Made by a program: the position numbers and the translations under genes
Shown: piece by piece, positions 36,433 to 49,721 of the stretch
Layout of the letters: each line of letters begins with the position of its first letter
Position numbering within the stretch: the first letter of the stretch is position 1
The notes under the pieces: generated by a model
What the model saw: only the letters and a program-made list of their open reading frames with translations
Databases searched by the model: none
Told to the model about the DNA's origin: nothing
DNA from: Octopus sinensis
Taxonomy: Eukaryota
DNA: 64,000 bases
Reading direction: 5' to 3'
Assembly: GCF_006345805.1 (NCBI RefSeq)
Contig: NC_043000.1
Coordinates: 16,244,001-16,308,000, forward strand

Positions 36433-37559
36433 TAATGCAGGGCTCTAACCAATCAAAATGCAGCATTAAACACCATAAAATTATTACCACAACACGCATC
36501 ATTCTAGAAGCGAATACTTTGGAATATAAACATTTAAAAAATAAATTTCATCTGATTCCTCTCCCTAAAATATTCCTTCATCTATTTAGCAATATCAACA
36601 GAATTTGTAAAATCTAGAGACACTGTTTAATTTTGAGGATGTTATCAACGAACTAATAATATATTTTGTAATTTGGAGGAGGAGGGGACAACAAGAAAAA
36701 ACAAAACAAAAACCTGTTCTCTTAATAAGAAGTTACACTAGAAGTCACTCCCCAATGTCATTCATTTTTATCATAGCAATTTCATTCAGAACATAAGGCC
36801 TTGAAAAAAATTTATCTGTAGTATCCTGCATTCTTTCCTTCTTATGAATGAAATTGTTTCGGCATTATTAGTACCATTATGAAATGAAAGGAGAGGATGC
36901 ATGATACAGCAGTAGATTCTAGGCTTCGTGTGCCTAAGAAATAATCAATATTAACTCAGAAATAAATCAATACATTTTCAAGGGTGCTGGAAAGGCAGCA
37001 GATGGCAAAGAACCAATATTTTTAGTTCAGTGCTTCATGTTTGTGTTCAAATCTCTCTGCAGATGACTGCCTTTAACTCTTTGCCATTACAAAAACAAGC
37101 CTGAGTAATGGAATGTGTTTAAATCAGAACTAATTGTTGTTAATTATACTAGAGTTAATTCAGACAGTTTTGTGTGATTCAGTGCTCAACACTAAGGTTA
37201 AAAAAAACCAAAAAGTATTACATCATGTATCACATTCATTCAATCAATTATCTCTCACTTTATTGCTGTGGCTAATTAGCAATTATAATTATCATTAGAG
37301 GAATGAAACCAGCACAAATGTGCCCGACTTCTTGCTTTATGATATTCAGTTTTGCACTTCATAACTCAAATTCTCAAAATGCCAGTCTAACTGACCCATG
37401 TTTCTCCTTACAAAATGAAGTGTAATGGCTGGAAGGATAATTTTGGACAATGAAACAAGACATGAGTACTTCATAAATACTGAGTTTTTTTACTTTTGAT
37501 TTAGTCTGGCGGCAGGGTTGTGGCCATGACCATGAGTGGGGTAAGTGCTGTCAATATAG

Positions 37560-38760
37560 GACCAGTGAAATTAGTGTTATATTAATAACTCTAATCTTAC
37601 TAGTCATAATATATTAACATTAATTTCATTGGTTTTAACATATTAACAGCAACTCATCAGTTTTAAGGATTACCGAGATTAGGGCAGCTTAATATCTTCA
37701 ATATTTGAAATTCAATAGCAGCAGGTAAAATATATTTAGGCAAAGAATGCCAGAGGGCTGATATTCTGGGAAGGAAAGATTACATATATATTACAGTGTA
37801 AACAAAGAGGGGAGGAAACACAGGAGTGTCATGAACAAAAAAAAAAGTGGGGGGGGGGGACAAAAAACATGGAGCCTACAGGGCATCAATTTTGTCAGCT
37901 TTGAATGCCATATATAGTCAAATGCTTCACTGATGTTGAAAGCACCCACACAATTTCACAATTTTTCTTGAGGACATAGCCCACTAGAGGGTAACATTAA
38001 AGTATATTTCAAGTGGATCTAGTTTTATAAAAGCCATACTGGTGCTCATTAAGGAAATGCAATGTGTTGGATAAGGTTGGTTGTTAATAGCTGTCTGCCA
38101 CTTTTGAGATATTGAAAGTGAAATAAGATAATAGCTGAGTAAGAGGAAATGCTCTGCTTAAGAATGGAACACACTGCAACAGGTTTCCAAAGATTAGGAT
38201 GAGGAATTTGATGAGAACAGATGGTAGTTCTAGGGTGCCTTTAATAATGGTAATGGACATTGTCAGGCCCAGTAACCTCCTTGATTTGAAGCTATCAGAG
38301 ACACCTTCACATGTAGCATGCCTGATGGGGTGGAGAGTTTTGGAAAGAAGTCTACTTAGTACATGTAGGAAATGTTGGGGATGCTATCTCTGCAACAGAA
38401 TAGATAAATAGAAGAAATGAAGATTCTGCAAAGTTGGAAATTCTTTTGGTAAGGAACTAAAAGGATTGGCTGCAGGGTAAGTAGGGCCCAGAATTATCCT
38501 TCACAGTGCAGATGTCTTGCAAGAGTTTCTCCGAGCATTGCAGGCTGTTTTCTTTGCTCAAACTGTTGCAGTACACCTATGAAAGAATCATTTGGAGGGT
38601 TTGGGTTGTCAGTGAGGTGTGGAGAGAGACTTGTCCAAAAGAATAATTTCAATACCCATCTAACTGTTTCTGACAGCCAAACCCAGTCAATTTACCTATA
38701 AATTGGTGAGAATGACTTGTGCATTGAATGCATTACACATCTGACTTCAAGAGAGCATGA
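37560..38760 (-). mobile_element. Degraded non-LTR retrotransposon (LINE) pre-RT/RT region
   Basis: Minus-strand fragments such as FLTKRISNFAESSF resemble the LINE region upstream of RT; many stops and frameshifts. Confidence 0.45.
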
Positions 38761-39344
38761 TCAAGAGCATTTGACTATTCTGCATAGCAACCATACAGAA
38801 AACAGTACCAGTCACAATTGAACCTTCAAGTTAAAATATCAGAATATATTCCATATCTGACCTAAAACCATATTATTGAGAAGATTAGTTTCAGATGTTT
38901 ATAATGTCAATTTTCTACATAGACTTACTACTAAACTGTAAACTAGTTACACATACACGCACGCGCGCACACACTAACTTCAGCAATAGTCATGTGGGTG
39001 TGTATATTTTAGATCTGCCATTGTAGAGTATATATATATACCTCTGCCACACTTCTCCATTATGTATAAGCATATGATACATCAACTCTGTTTCTCATAC
39101 ACATGCACCCACATTTGTCTAAGAGAGTTGAAAGCTTTGAGTTTAAGAGTATACTACATAACGATAAAACGCAATGGTATATAATATATATCAAGCCAAA
39201 TACATAACAAAGATAGGTCATTGTTAGGGAGGAGGGCAAGAGCAAAAGAGATAAAGCAACCTGGAAGCATTTTACAGCGAGAGCTAAATAATCCAAGTCT
39301 AACCTAGTTAAAAGATTCAATTACTTAGTGCAGACAACTGACGG

Positions 39345-39379
<35 letters not shown>

Positions 39380-39701
39380 AAGGTAAATTGTGCGTGTGTG
39401 CGTGTGCATGCAGACACACAATTCCTCATTCCATTACATTTGCTATGTTCAATGCCAAATTAAGTTCAAATGTGAATATGAAGCAACCAAACCATTCAGT
39501 TTAGCATCTAAGAGCAACAGTGTCTTCCTGCATAGGCAGAAGACGAAGCCGAGACAAAAAACAATTGAAAATTGAAAATGTTTTCTCCCTCTCCTCATCA
39601 GCAGAATAAACAAAATTTGTCATTCAGTTATCCCTTGGGTAACTCTTTCGATATCAAACTACTTGAAACTGCCCTTGATTCCATGAATCCCATCTTTTGA
39701 A

Positions 39702-39951
39702 CCCTTTAGCATTCAGATTATTCTGTCAAATGTAATCCTTATTTATTCCCATAGTCTTGAATTAATCATACATTATCTCATAGCTTTGAGATTTCGAAGG
39801 TGTACTTGTTTATTTTTTATATGAAACACAGTTATAATTCCCTCCTTGTAGGATAGGTGTGAGTATTTTTAGTATGACATTGTAGGATAGGTCAGTGTAC
39901 AGAAAACAAGAATATTTGAGCCAGATATGATCGGTTCCAAATGCTAAAGGG
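39702..39951. mobile_element. piggyBac-like MITE (subfamily A) with small internal duplication
   Basis: ccctttagcattcag ... gctaaaggg; ttgtaggataggt duplicated internally. Confidence 0.7.
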
Positions 39952-39989
39952 CCAAAGTGATCTAAATTAAAACATTCTATCAAAAGTTA

Positions 39990-40365
39990 ATACTCTTACT
40001 CTTTACTCTTTTACTTGTTTCGGTCATTTGACTGTGGCCATGCTGGAGCACCGCCTTTAGTCGAGCAAATCAACCCTGGGACTTATTCTATCGGCCTCTT
40101 TTGCCGAACCGCTAAGTGACAGGGACGTAAACACACCAGCATCGGTTGTCAAGCAATGCTAGGGGGACAAACACAGACACACACACACACATACATATAT
40201 ACGACAGGCTTCTTTCAGTTTCCGTCTACCAAATCCACTCACAAGGCTTTGGTCGGCCCAAGGCTATAGCAGAAGACACTTGCCCAAGATGCCACGCAGT
40301 GGGACTGAACCCGGAACCATGTGGTTGGTTAGCAAGCTACTTACCACACAGCCACTCCTGCGCCT
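39990..40365 (-). mobile_element. SINE family 1
   Basis: Reverse complement, ends cacagccactcctgcgcc. Confidence 0.9.
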
Positions 40366-41009
40366 ATGTTAATTTATGTTCCAAAACCCCGGTTTAATAA
40401 AAACAAAGTTAATTTACTAAATTCCATATTATTTTCAAAAATTAACATAAAGCATTTCACATGTAAAATCCTTGTCTGTCACAAATTAAATTTATGAGCC
40501 TATAATGGAAAGGTTGAGCAGTCACATTCTGACGCCATGGGCATCAGTTCTGGCATTACTACAAAAGCTACTGGAGTGCACCTGGATACTGTACATAATC
40601 CTGCGTAGGTTAATAACCAACTCCTCATTCCAAATACCAAGGTTGATTAGTAACAAAGAAGTATTCTGCCATAAAGAAAAAAACCTGCTCCAAATGTATG
40701 CAGAAAAACATGATCGTTAAACTAATATATAAAAACAATTAAACAAGTCAAACTTCTACAAATTACCTGACTGGCTGGAAAGAGCTGTCCTATCACTCCC
40801 AAATCTCACCTTATTGTCTTTATGTACATGCACACATTTTTGACTGTTGGAAAATAAGAGTACTCAATACCACAGTGGAGATTAATATTTATTTTAGATG
40901 AGTCAGTCCCCTGCTACTCTGTCACCCGTGGGTGCACAGGGTCATAACTTGCCTAAAGAACATGTACATACAAAGGTGACACTTTGGATAGCAAGAGACT
41001 GGCACAACT

Positions 41010-41232
41010 TACACAAGTGGGTGCCGAAAAGTTCTTGGCTTTAAGGGTATCGTGAAAGGCCTGGTTGGAGGCCCAACCTTCTGAGTTCCTTTACAGGACT
41101 TTGAAAAACTAAAGGACTGCTGCACTAAGTGTATGAATCTGAGAGGGGAATATATTGAATAAAATCATAATCAACTGATCTTCCTGTATCCCCCCCCCAC
41201 CAAAGTCTAGAACTTTTCAGCACCCCTGATAT
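41010..41232 (+). mobile_element. mariner-derived MITE retaining the transposase stop region
   Basis: TIRs gggtgccgaaaagttct ... agaacttttcagcacccc; internal KLKDCCTKCMNLRGEYIE* (mariner C-terminus). Confidence 0.8.
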
Positions 41233-41813
41233 ATATATATATATATAAAGGATTTAAGCATAGCTGAGGAATCTAAGACAGATGATCGGCAAAATAGAGT
41301 TCACTGCTGTATTTGTTCTGTGGTAACAGATACTTCCTTGTTGCTTGCACCATCAGAAAATCAGTGAACCTTGAAACCTTTAACCGAAGATGCATAATAT
41401 AGAATCAACAGAATAAAGGATATTCAGAATTCTTAAGTGCTGTTCAAGTCAGTTCTGACTAAGCCTATGGAAGGTAGCCAGCTAAATTACTAAGTGTAAC
41501 CTATAGAGTTTTTGTTTCAGAATCGCCATACTCCTGTCTGGGACACATTCTGCAGATGCCGAAAACAGCACCATTGATCGATTGAGGCATCAGTCTATGG
41601 CACCTAGCCAATCAACTGGCTGAGACATACAGATCTATTGTTCCAAATATACCCTGTTTTTGCCTGAAACAAACAATGCACCCTCGTAGTGGTCAATTGT
41701 ATGAGGCACCATGGTCTGGCATAATCCCAGACAAAAGAAGGAACTTCAGTGAATGCATCCTATGTAACTTTTTTTTTTTTGCAAGTTCATCTGTGTGCTA
41801 TACTTATCTGAAG

Positions 41814-42045
41814 GCGGCGAGCTGGCAGAAATGTTAGTGCGCCAGGCAAAATGCTTAGCGATATTTCATCTGCCGTTATGTTCTGAGTTCAAATTCCGCC
41901 AAGGTCAACTTTGCCTTTCATCCTTTTGGGGTCGATAAATAAAGTACCAGTTACGCACTGGGGTTGATCTAATCGACTTAATCCTTTTGTCTGTCCTTGT
42001 GTATCCCCTCTATGTTTAGCCCATTGTGAGCAATAAAGAAATATA
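41814..42045 (+). mobile_element. SINE family 2
   Basis: ggcggcgagctggcagaaatgttag ... gcaataaagaaata. Confidence 0.85.
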
Positions 42046-42264
42046 TACTTATTTGCTGAGTGTGCTGTTTGACTATATTTGACAATCTTTGGCTAGTAGG
42101 TTCTACTTTATGCCTTTCGTTTTGAGATTTGGGTTTCTGAGGTTGCAGTAATTGTGTAGCTCTGTCTGGGAGAATGTAAGCATTGGCTCATCTGTATATG
42201 ATGCTATGGGTATGGTGTAGGCATTGAGCATGTAAGCAGAGGGACAAGTGATGTTGGTGGGGGA

Positions 42265-42453
42265 TAAACACAGACACACACACATATACATATATACGAC
42301 GGGCTTCTTTCAGCTTCCGTCTACCAAATCCACTCACAAGTTTTCGGTCAGCCCGAGGCTATAGTAGAAGACACTTGCCCAAGGTGCCACACAGTGGGAC
42401 TGAACCTGGGACCATGTGGTTGGTAAGCAAGCTAATTACCACACAGCCACTCC
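42265..42453 (-). mobile_element. SINE family 1 head module
   Basis: Reverse-complement head with CA/TA spacer. Confidence 0.85.
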
Positions 42454-44254
42454 TTGCTGATAATCTTTGGGTAACTTCTGGAATTCATAAACCTTATTAA
42501 CTAATGGTATTTAATTAAATAAACAAACCAGAGTGACTAGCACTAGTTTATAGAAAGATGTCAAAGCTCTCAATCAAATTGAGATAAACTCTATTCTAGG
42601 ATTTGATCACCATGTTTGCCTAATAAAAAATGTTTTATGTCTCCCCCAATGAAAAATATTTAAATAGTTAACATTTTTATACTGAATTCACTTTCTGACT
42701 TTAGACAAAATTAACCCAATCAAAAGTCTACAGTCTCCTTTGACATTTAGAATTCCTAGATGGATCAATATTGTCCCTTGCCTTTCATTAAACCTATTTA
42801 TTTTAGTTAAGCAGACTCAAAAATCACTAAGATCTGTTAATTTTATTATATGGAACTTACTGCTTTCACTTCCATTTAAAGATAAAAAAAGAAAAAGAAA
42901 AAGAAAACAACAACAACAATAACCAAGATAAAAGTTGATGTAAATCCAATCAATATTAACCCAGCTCATATGCAATATCTAGCCGGATATATGGCTACAT
43001 TATTATTTTTTTAATTAACCAAGCAGTGAATCATAATCACTATCATCATTACGATAGCACTTCTTTTGCCATGCTGACAAAGGCAGTCTATAGAGAATTC
43101 AAAGCCAATAGCAAAATACCATATTTTCAAGGTTAGTTGTCTCTACAGCTTCATAGATGTATTGATTATATATGTATAAATTTTCCATGTTGGCTAACAC
43201 GCTAATGTCCAATTCACACTGAACGCAATACAGCTATAAAAGCAAAGTGGTTGAGGAGTGGTATCAGTTGCCGTTCTCACAAGTAAAAACAGTTTATTTC
43301 ATTTAATTTTCTTTTTAAACTACATTCCTAAGTTCAAATGATTAAAATTTGCGATGAGAAATTAAGTTCTTAAATATAACCTTCCAGATGAAGAAAAATG
43401 CAAACCAGTGCGCCAAAAGAGCTTATCTTTATAACAATGAGGTCTGTAAGATACCTCAATAAATGAAAGACTCAAATATGAAATTCTTTATAGTGAAAAC
43501 CAAAAACATTCCACTGAAGTATATATAAAACATATTTGTGATTTTTGCCTTTCTTTTTATTTTGTGAAGAGAATTCAAAATCTCATGGAATTCTTAAGAG
43601 AAAATAGCCACATTCCAAGCCATAACATTCAAGCAATTAAGAGAATAGAAAACAATTTTGACAGACAGCTGAAAATATTCCAGTGAAGAAAAAAAAGAAG
43701 AAAAAAAAAGAGTACTTCAATAGCCATTCTATGGAATTTTAGTTGATTTGTTAATGAAAAGGAAAATATTACAGACAGCAGACATTAATAAATTTATCTG
43801 TGTCACCCTCCAATACAAATAATGTTGAACTTTCTGTAATAAATAGCTAAATAATGGTAATAATTAACATTTTTACATTATCACTGTAGCCACATACTAG
43901 TAAAAGATCTCACAGATGTTTGATGGATTTTATTGACTTTCTCTCAGTAATAAGTACTTTCATTTTTAAATATTCTTAACATACAATGGAATAGTAAACC
44001 GTAATCACATAGGAATACTTATGAAATTATAACGAAATAGATTATGTAATCGATGCACATCATGGTTAATGATAAACAGTCCTTAATTCAAATACCAATC
44101 AATCTTGTTATTCATTTCAAGATCAATGAAATAACAATTAGTAATTATATTCACAAGAACCACAAATGATAATGAAATTCATTAGATTTAATCAAATGCA
44201 ATCTTTATTTTACTATTCAAACATGGAAAGTTTGACTTTTCTTTTTTAATGCAG

Positions 44255-44615
44255 AGGCGTGACTGAGAAGTTTGCTTTGCAACCCACATGGTTTTGAGTT
44301 CGGTTCAATTGCCAGTTATCTTGACAAGTGTCTTCCGTAGCCTTGTGAATGGATTTAATAGACAAAAACTGAAAGCAGCTTATCATATGTGTGTATCTTT
44401 GTTTTGATATCACATGACAGCTGTAAATGAGTGTCACTGTCATACAAGCAGTGTTTTTCATTTCCAATATTCTGCAGACATGACTGGCCATGGAAAATAT
44501 TACCTTGCTTGTACACAGGCAAAGGTTGGTGACAGGAAGGGCATGCAGCCATAGAAAATGTGCCTCAATAAACTCCATCCGACCCATGCAAGCAATGAAA
44601 AGTGGACATTAAATG
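44255..44615 (+). mobile_element. Older SINE: family-1-like head joined to an RTE-type tail
   Basis: Head ...gagttcggttcaattgcc..gtgaatggatttaatagacaaaaactgaaag; tail acccatgcaagcaatgaaaagtggacattaaatga; related copies near 14700-15040, 57740-58030 (-) and 60140-60440. Confidence 0.6.
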
Positions 44616-47504
44616 ACAATTGTAAAACAATATTACAGACCAATCCGTTTTTACTAAAACCTAAATGGTCACTCAACCTGCCAGAATTAGCAGCCAAAGC
44701 TCTCTCAAATCACAAATCTACCATCTTAAAAAAGAAGGAGACATTGGATAACATAGTCCTAGGTACACAAGGACTGATAAAAAATATTGGATGGATAGTC
44801 ACAGCCAGAATTGCTTTTAATCCCAAACCACCCTGGCTCCATGATACAAACTTTCTGTTTTAATAAAGTGACCTGAATTAAAACCTGTCATCAAAATTCC
44901 ATGTTAATTTTATGTTCCAAACATCAATTTAATAAGGACAAAATTATTTTACTAAATATTTCCTTAAATTCAAAATTGACTGAAACAAGGTGTGTATTTC
45001 AAGAAAAATTTGGTAAATGGAATGATCAATAATATTGCTTGTCCAGGCTTACTATACAGCTAAGCAACATAAAATGAGTGTTTCTAAAAACTCAACATTT
45101 GAGCAAATACTTCTAAGTTACTATTTTAACGGTATTGATCTCTTATATATCAGTTGGTAGCTATCTTCTTTCCAGCCACTCCTACTTAACTCTTCTATAA
45201 CAAGACACCTAGGCTTGTCCCTCCTTTATCAAACTTCAGTCTCTCAACACTTGGCCTAAAACCACTTCCCCACCTCTCACAACTTTTTTTCTGTTTTTTT
45301 TCTTGTCTTGCGAGTTGGTGACTTTTTGCTTGTGCCAATAGCACACAAAAAAAAAAGCACCCAGTATTCATTGTAAAGTAGTCGGCATTAGAAAGAACAT
45401 CCAAAGAAACCATGCCAAAGCTGATATTGGAGCTGAATGCAACCCTGAAGCTTGCCAGACCCTTTCAAACAATCCAAGAGGGCAGTGAGGCAACAAAATT
45501 AACATACTAAATTTGACCTATTGTAGTAATTATATCAAACATAATAAAACTAATAATGATAATTAAAATAAAATGAGAGAGAAAAGTTAACTTGGAATGC
45601 ATAAATTAAATTTACTATCTTTGTCTATTAACTTTCACTTTTAAAAGCTTATACAATCCATTTTTGGAGTAAAATTTATAAATTAGCATTCATGTTAAGT
45701 CAGTTTAGTCGTGATATCTTACTCAACACTTAAGTGGACACTAGACATAACTATTAAAAAAGGGATGTTACAAAAAAAAAAAAAGGAGGGGGGGTTAAGG
45801 ATCACTATTATAAACTCAGACATTATCAATACAAGACAACACACAATATGATCATAAGTTAAAAGAATTATGACATTGCTCTGCGAGAGTTTGGCTAACT
45901 GACAAAATCCACCACATATTCTTTGAGTGATTAGTGTGAGGAAATGTAGTAATTTGAATAATAATCAATTTACAAGAAAAATGAATATCAATAATATAAA
46001 GAGAAAAAACTCTTTGTTTAGACAGTTTCTTCTGAAGCAGACAATAGAATTTGCAAGCTATGAATGAAAAATTTATTCTAAATATTTTAATGACAGCCGT
46101 AAAAAAATGATTTAGTCTATGCAGTCCAAAACTGAATCTGTTATCTAACATATGTTTGACTTTCATCGTGACTGACCTAATATATACAAACCAAATAGTG
46201 GTGACTAAACAAAGCAATATTGTTGTAAGTGAAACTGGAGTAAAATAATAGGAGACAGTGTGAAGACTTAAAGACACAGTAAGGAACACAGCATTGAATC
46301 TTGAAGAGATAGAATGTTTTAAATTCATAATAAAGTCAGATAAATAATACTTTGAACAGAATCTTCAATGAATAGTAAAAAAAAAAAAAGCTGGACTGTA
46401 TTTTCAATTGGTGTAGAGTACCAAGCAAGTGTCTTGGTACCTGAGAACTGCTATCATATAACAGTAATTACAAAAGCGATTTATTTAGGTTCCATTTAAT
46501 TGGAATGGAGCCAGAAAATAGTCCACTTAATGTAGCTTCATATTACAGTTCCAGTATACCATAAAGAAGCTATATCTGTAGAGATATCACAAGATCTCAT
46601 TTTCCATTGTCTATAAATGTGAGAAACCAAAGTCCTTATGCGCACACTGGCAGAGATCCAGAGTCAAAAAACTTTAAAAGTAAATGATTGCATGGAAAAC
46701 AAAAAGCCTGATAAAAAATATAAGCTGAACCATCACACAGACCAAATTATTTTGTTCTTAATCCTTTTCTCAGCAAAAATTTGAATTTTGTGTATATTTA
46801 CAGTTTAGCAAATTTACCATTCCCTGTGAGAAAAATTTTGCCCACATTAAAACCCGAAGTACCTGCAGATAAATTTACTAAAAATTCACATGAAAAATAA
46901 AGCCTAAACCTTAATGACTCTCAGCACAGATGTACCTCTACAGAAGAACTTTCCCAATACTTAAAAGGTTCCCCACATTAAGCTAAACAAACCAACATAT
47001 TTCTTGCAATCAAATATCTTGTCTCATTACACAAAAACACTGAGCAGGTTTTTTTTCTTTATAATCTTGAAGACCACACACACAAGTTTACCTACATTTT
47101 GTACTTGATCCTTATCATCACACAGATGTCTCAAACAAGTGTCCCCCCCCCCCCTTGTCAACAACTGTTGGTGTGTAAACCCTTCTCATACAGACGTTTG
47201 GCATTTACCGCATTATCAGTCTGTTGCAAGTGTCGTATATCCAACATTACTGAGATATCAGTTTTCTGTTTTTGTAGGACTCTCTCTTTCTTTGCATAAA
47301 TTTGCAACCTAGTTATTATACTTGTACTACAGGGTAGGTTTCTATTACTATTTAGTTATGATAAAGGAGTGAAAATTGGCCACATTTCTGATACTTGGAG
47401 TAAATCTTATAAGAAAAAATGTAACTTAGTTTGATAATGTCTTATATTGTTTTAAGTCTTTTCATGAGTCTTCAAAGATATTCACTAGAATCCAATAGGG
47501 ATAC

Positions 47505-47723
47505 CTATTTCTTTACTACCCACAAGGGGCTAAACACAGAGAGGACAAACAAGGACAGACAAACGCATTAAGTCGATTATATCAACTGGTACTTATTTAA
47601 TCGACCTCGAAAGAATGAAAGGCAAAGTTGACCTCGGCGGAATTTGAACTCAGAATGTAGCGGCAGGCGAATTCCCGCTAAGCATTTCGCCTGGTGTGCT
47701 AACGATTCTGCCAGCTCGCCGCC
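47505..47723 (-). mobile_element. SINE family 2 with 20-bp TSD
   Basis: TSD ctagaatccaatagggatac at 47485-47504 and 47724-47743. Confidence 0.9.
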
Positions 47724-47852
47724 CTAGAATCCAATAGGGATACTATTCTATGGTTGACAGAAGTCAAATTTTTACCAAATCAGAATCTATTGTTAAAAAA
47801 GTAAGCACAAATTGGATAATGTACTACTGGATACACTATATCGGATAGATAG

Positions 47853-48234
47853 AAGCACTCCGTCGGTTACGACAACGAGGGTTCCGGTTGATCCGAATCA
47901 ACGGAACAGTCTGCTCGTGAAATTAATGTGTAAGTGGCTGAGCACTCCACAGACACGTGCACCCTTAATGTAGTTCTCGGGGATATTCAGCGTGACACAG
48001 AGAGTGACAAGGCCAGCCCTTTGAAATACAGGTACAACAGAAACAGGAAGTAAGAGTGAGAGTAAGTTGTGGTGAAAGAGTACAGCAGGGATCACCACCA
48101 TCCCCTGCCGGAGCCTCGTGGAGCTTTTAGGTGTTTTCGCTCAATAAACACTCACAACGCCCGGTCTGGGAATCAAAACCGCGATCCTATGACAGCAAGT
48201 CCGCTGCCCTCACCACTGGGCCATTGCGCCTCCA
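47853..48234 (-). mobile_element. SINE family 3, full length
   Basis: Reverse complement of 22386-22755; flanks share ctggatacactata. Confidence 0.9.
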
Positions 48235-48797
48235 CAACTGGATACACTATATTGGATAATGTACTACTGGATACACTATAGGATTTCCAAACAAACATGC
48301 TTCAGCATAGATCTGCAGATTGATTAGAACTAGCCTGGGACAAAGCAAACAAGATATTCCCACCCATAACACTTATTTATCTAGTTATATATTTGATATC
48401 AGACGTTTAAACAGTTGGTATTCACTCTAAAACATAAATGGAAAAAATTTACTCTACTTAACAGCTACACACAATCTTCAAGTCTTATGATAACATGCAG
48501 CTCTACTTTGAAGTGAATATAGATTTAATGTTTTTGCTGTACATTGAATTACATAATCACCACTTCAGATTGTTGAAAATCTATCCGATATGTAAAGGTT
48601 ATTTACAAAAGACCACAGAGCTAATGAGACCCAAATGGACTGTAATTGTGATACTTCAAATTCCAGACATGTGCTTCTTGCTTTCAAGTGAAGAGGTTAA
48701 CTGCAAAATTTCTATGCCAACAAACCTCTATATGGACACTCAACTTGCTAGGAATAGCAATCAAATCTTCCTCAAACCATACTAACATTTCTTTTAA

Positions 48798-49015
48798 CCC
48801 TTTAGTGTTTAAACCGGCTATGTCCGGCCCAAATATTCTACTCATTTTATGCTCAAACTGGCCAGAACCAGTATCTCACACCCACCCTGCAATGTCATTC
48901 TAAAAATAAACAATTACATGTTTCAAATCTTGAAGCTACAAGATAATACCAAATTATTTTTTTTAAATGTAAATGAATAAGGATTACTTCTGACATTAAT
49001 TTGAACGCTAAAGGG
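48798..49015. mobile_element. piggyBac-like MITE (subfamily A, opposite orientation)
   Basis: TTAA|ccctttagtgttt ... cgctaaaggg|TTAA. Confidence 0.8.
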
Positions 49016-49721
49016 TTAAAGAATACATTGGCCAATGTATACCAAGGTATAATGATGGGATGGATGTAGATGGAATGCCGATGAGCATACATCTAAGATT
49101 TAGCAACAATTCCAAAATCCATTACCAATTGTTTTCATATAAAACTATTCTAATTGTGTTTTAGTGAATATTTTTCTATACATCACCTGTAATGCACCTG
49201 GACACAGTGATATTTCCTGGTGTCATTAGGTGTTCTGGGTCTTCCGAAATCAGACACCTCACTAAGCAACCCAACCGGGTTTGATCAAGCTCCAGCTTGT
49301 CTCCAGTTAACACTAGCCCTGGTAACCCCTCCCTCTTCTATAGCTTGCAATTCCTGAAGCAACCTCTGTTTTCTCCACAGTCAACCTGCTGGCCTCCACA
49401 ATGCAGGCAAACCTTCTGCACCACATCTTGCTTGTTACCCTCATTGCTACATCAGCTCAGTTTATTTCCTCCACAATTACCACAATGAAAAATTTAGAGA
49501 AATTTTAGTACTTTTTAGAAACAAAAAAAGATTCCTCTCTCTATGCAGAAAGAAATAGCCAAGAGTTGTGATACCAACTACTGCAGTTCTGAATGAGTAA
49601 CATCTTACAAATTAAAGGTGATATAAGCTTGGTTAAAACCTTTTCATCTACCAAATCCACTCACAAGGCATATTGTTAATGTTTAAGCCCCCATCTTTAC
49701 TGTACCTGATCTATATGTATC

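Noticed and set aside
39060-39320. 86-aa hydrophobic ORF
   Set aside because: Non-ATG start on a T-rich strand; no homology.
48495-48785. 96-aa + strand ORF
   Set aside because: No recognisable domain or splice context.
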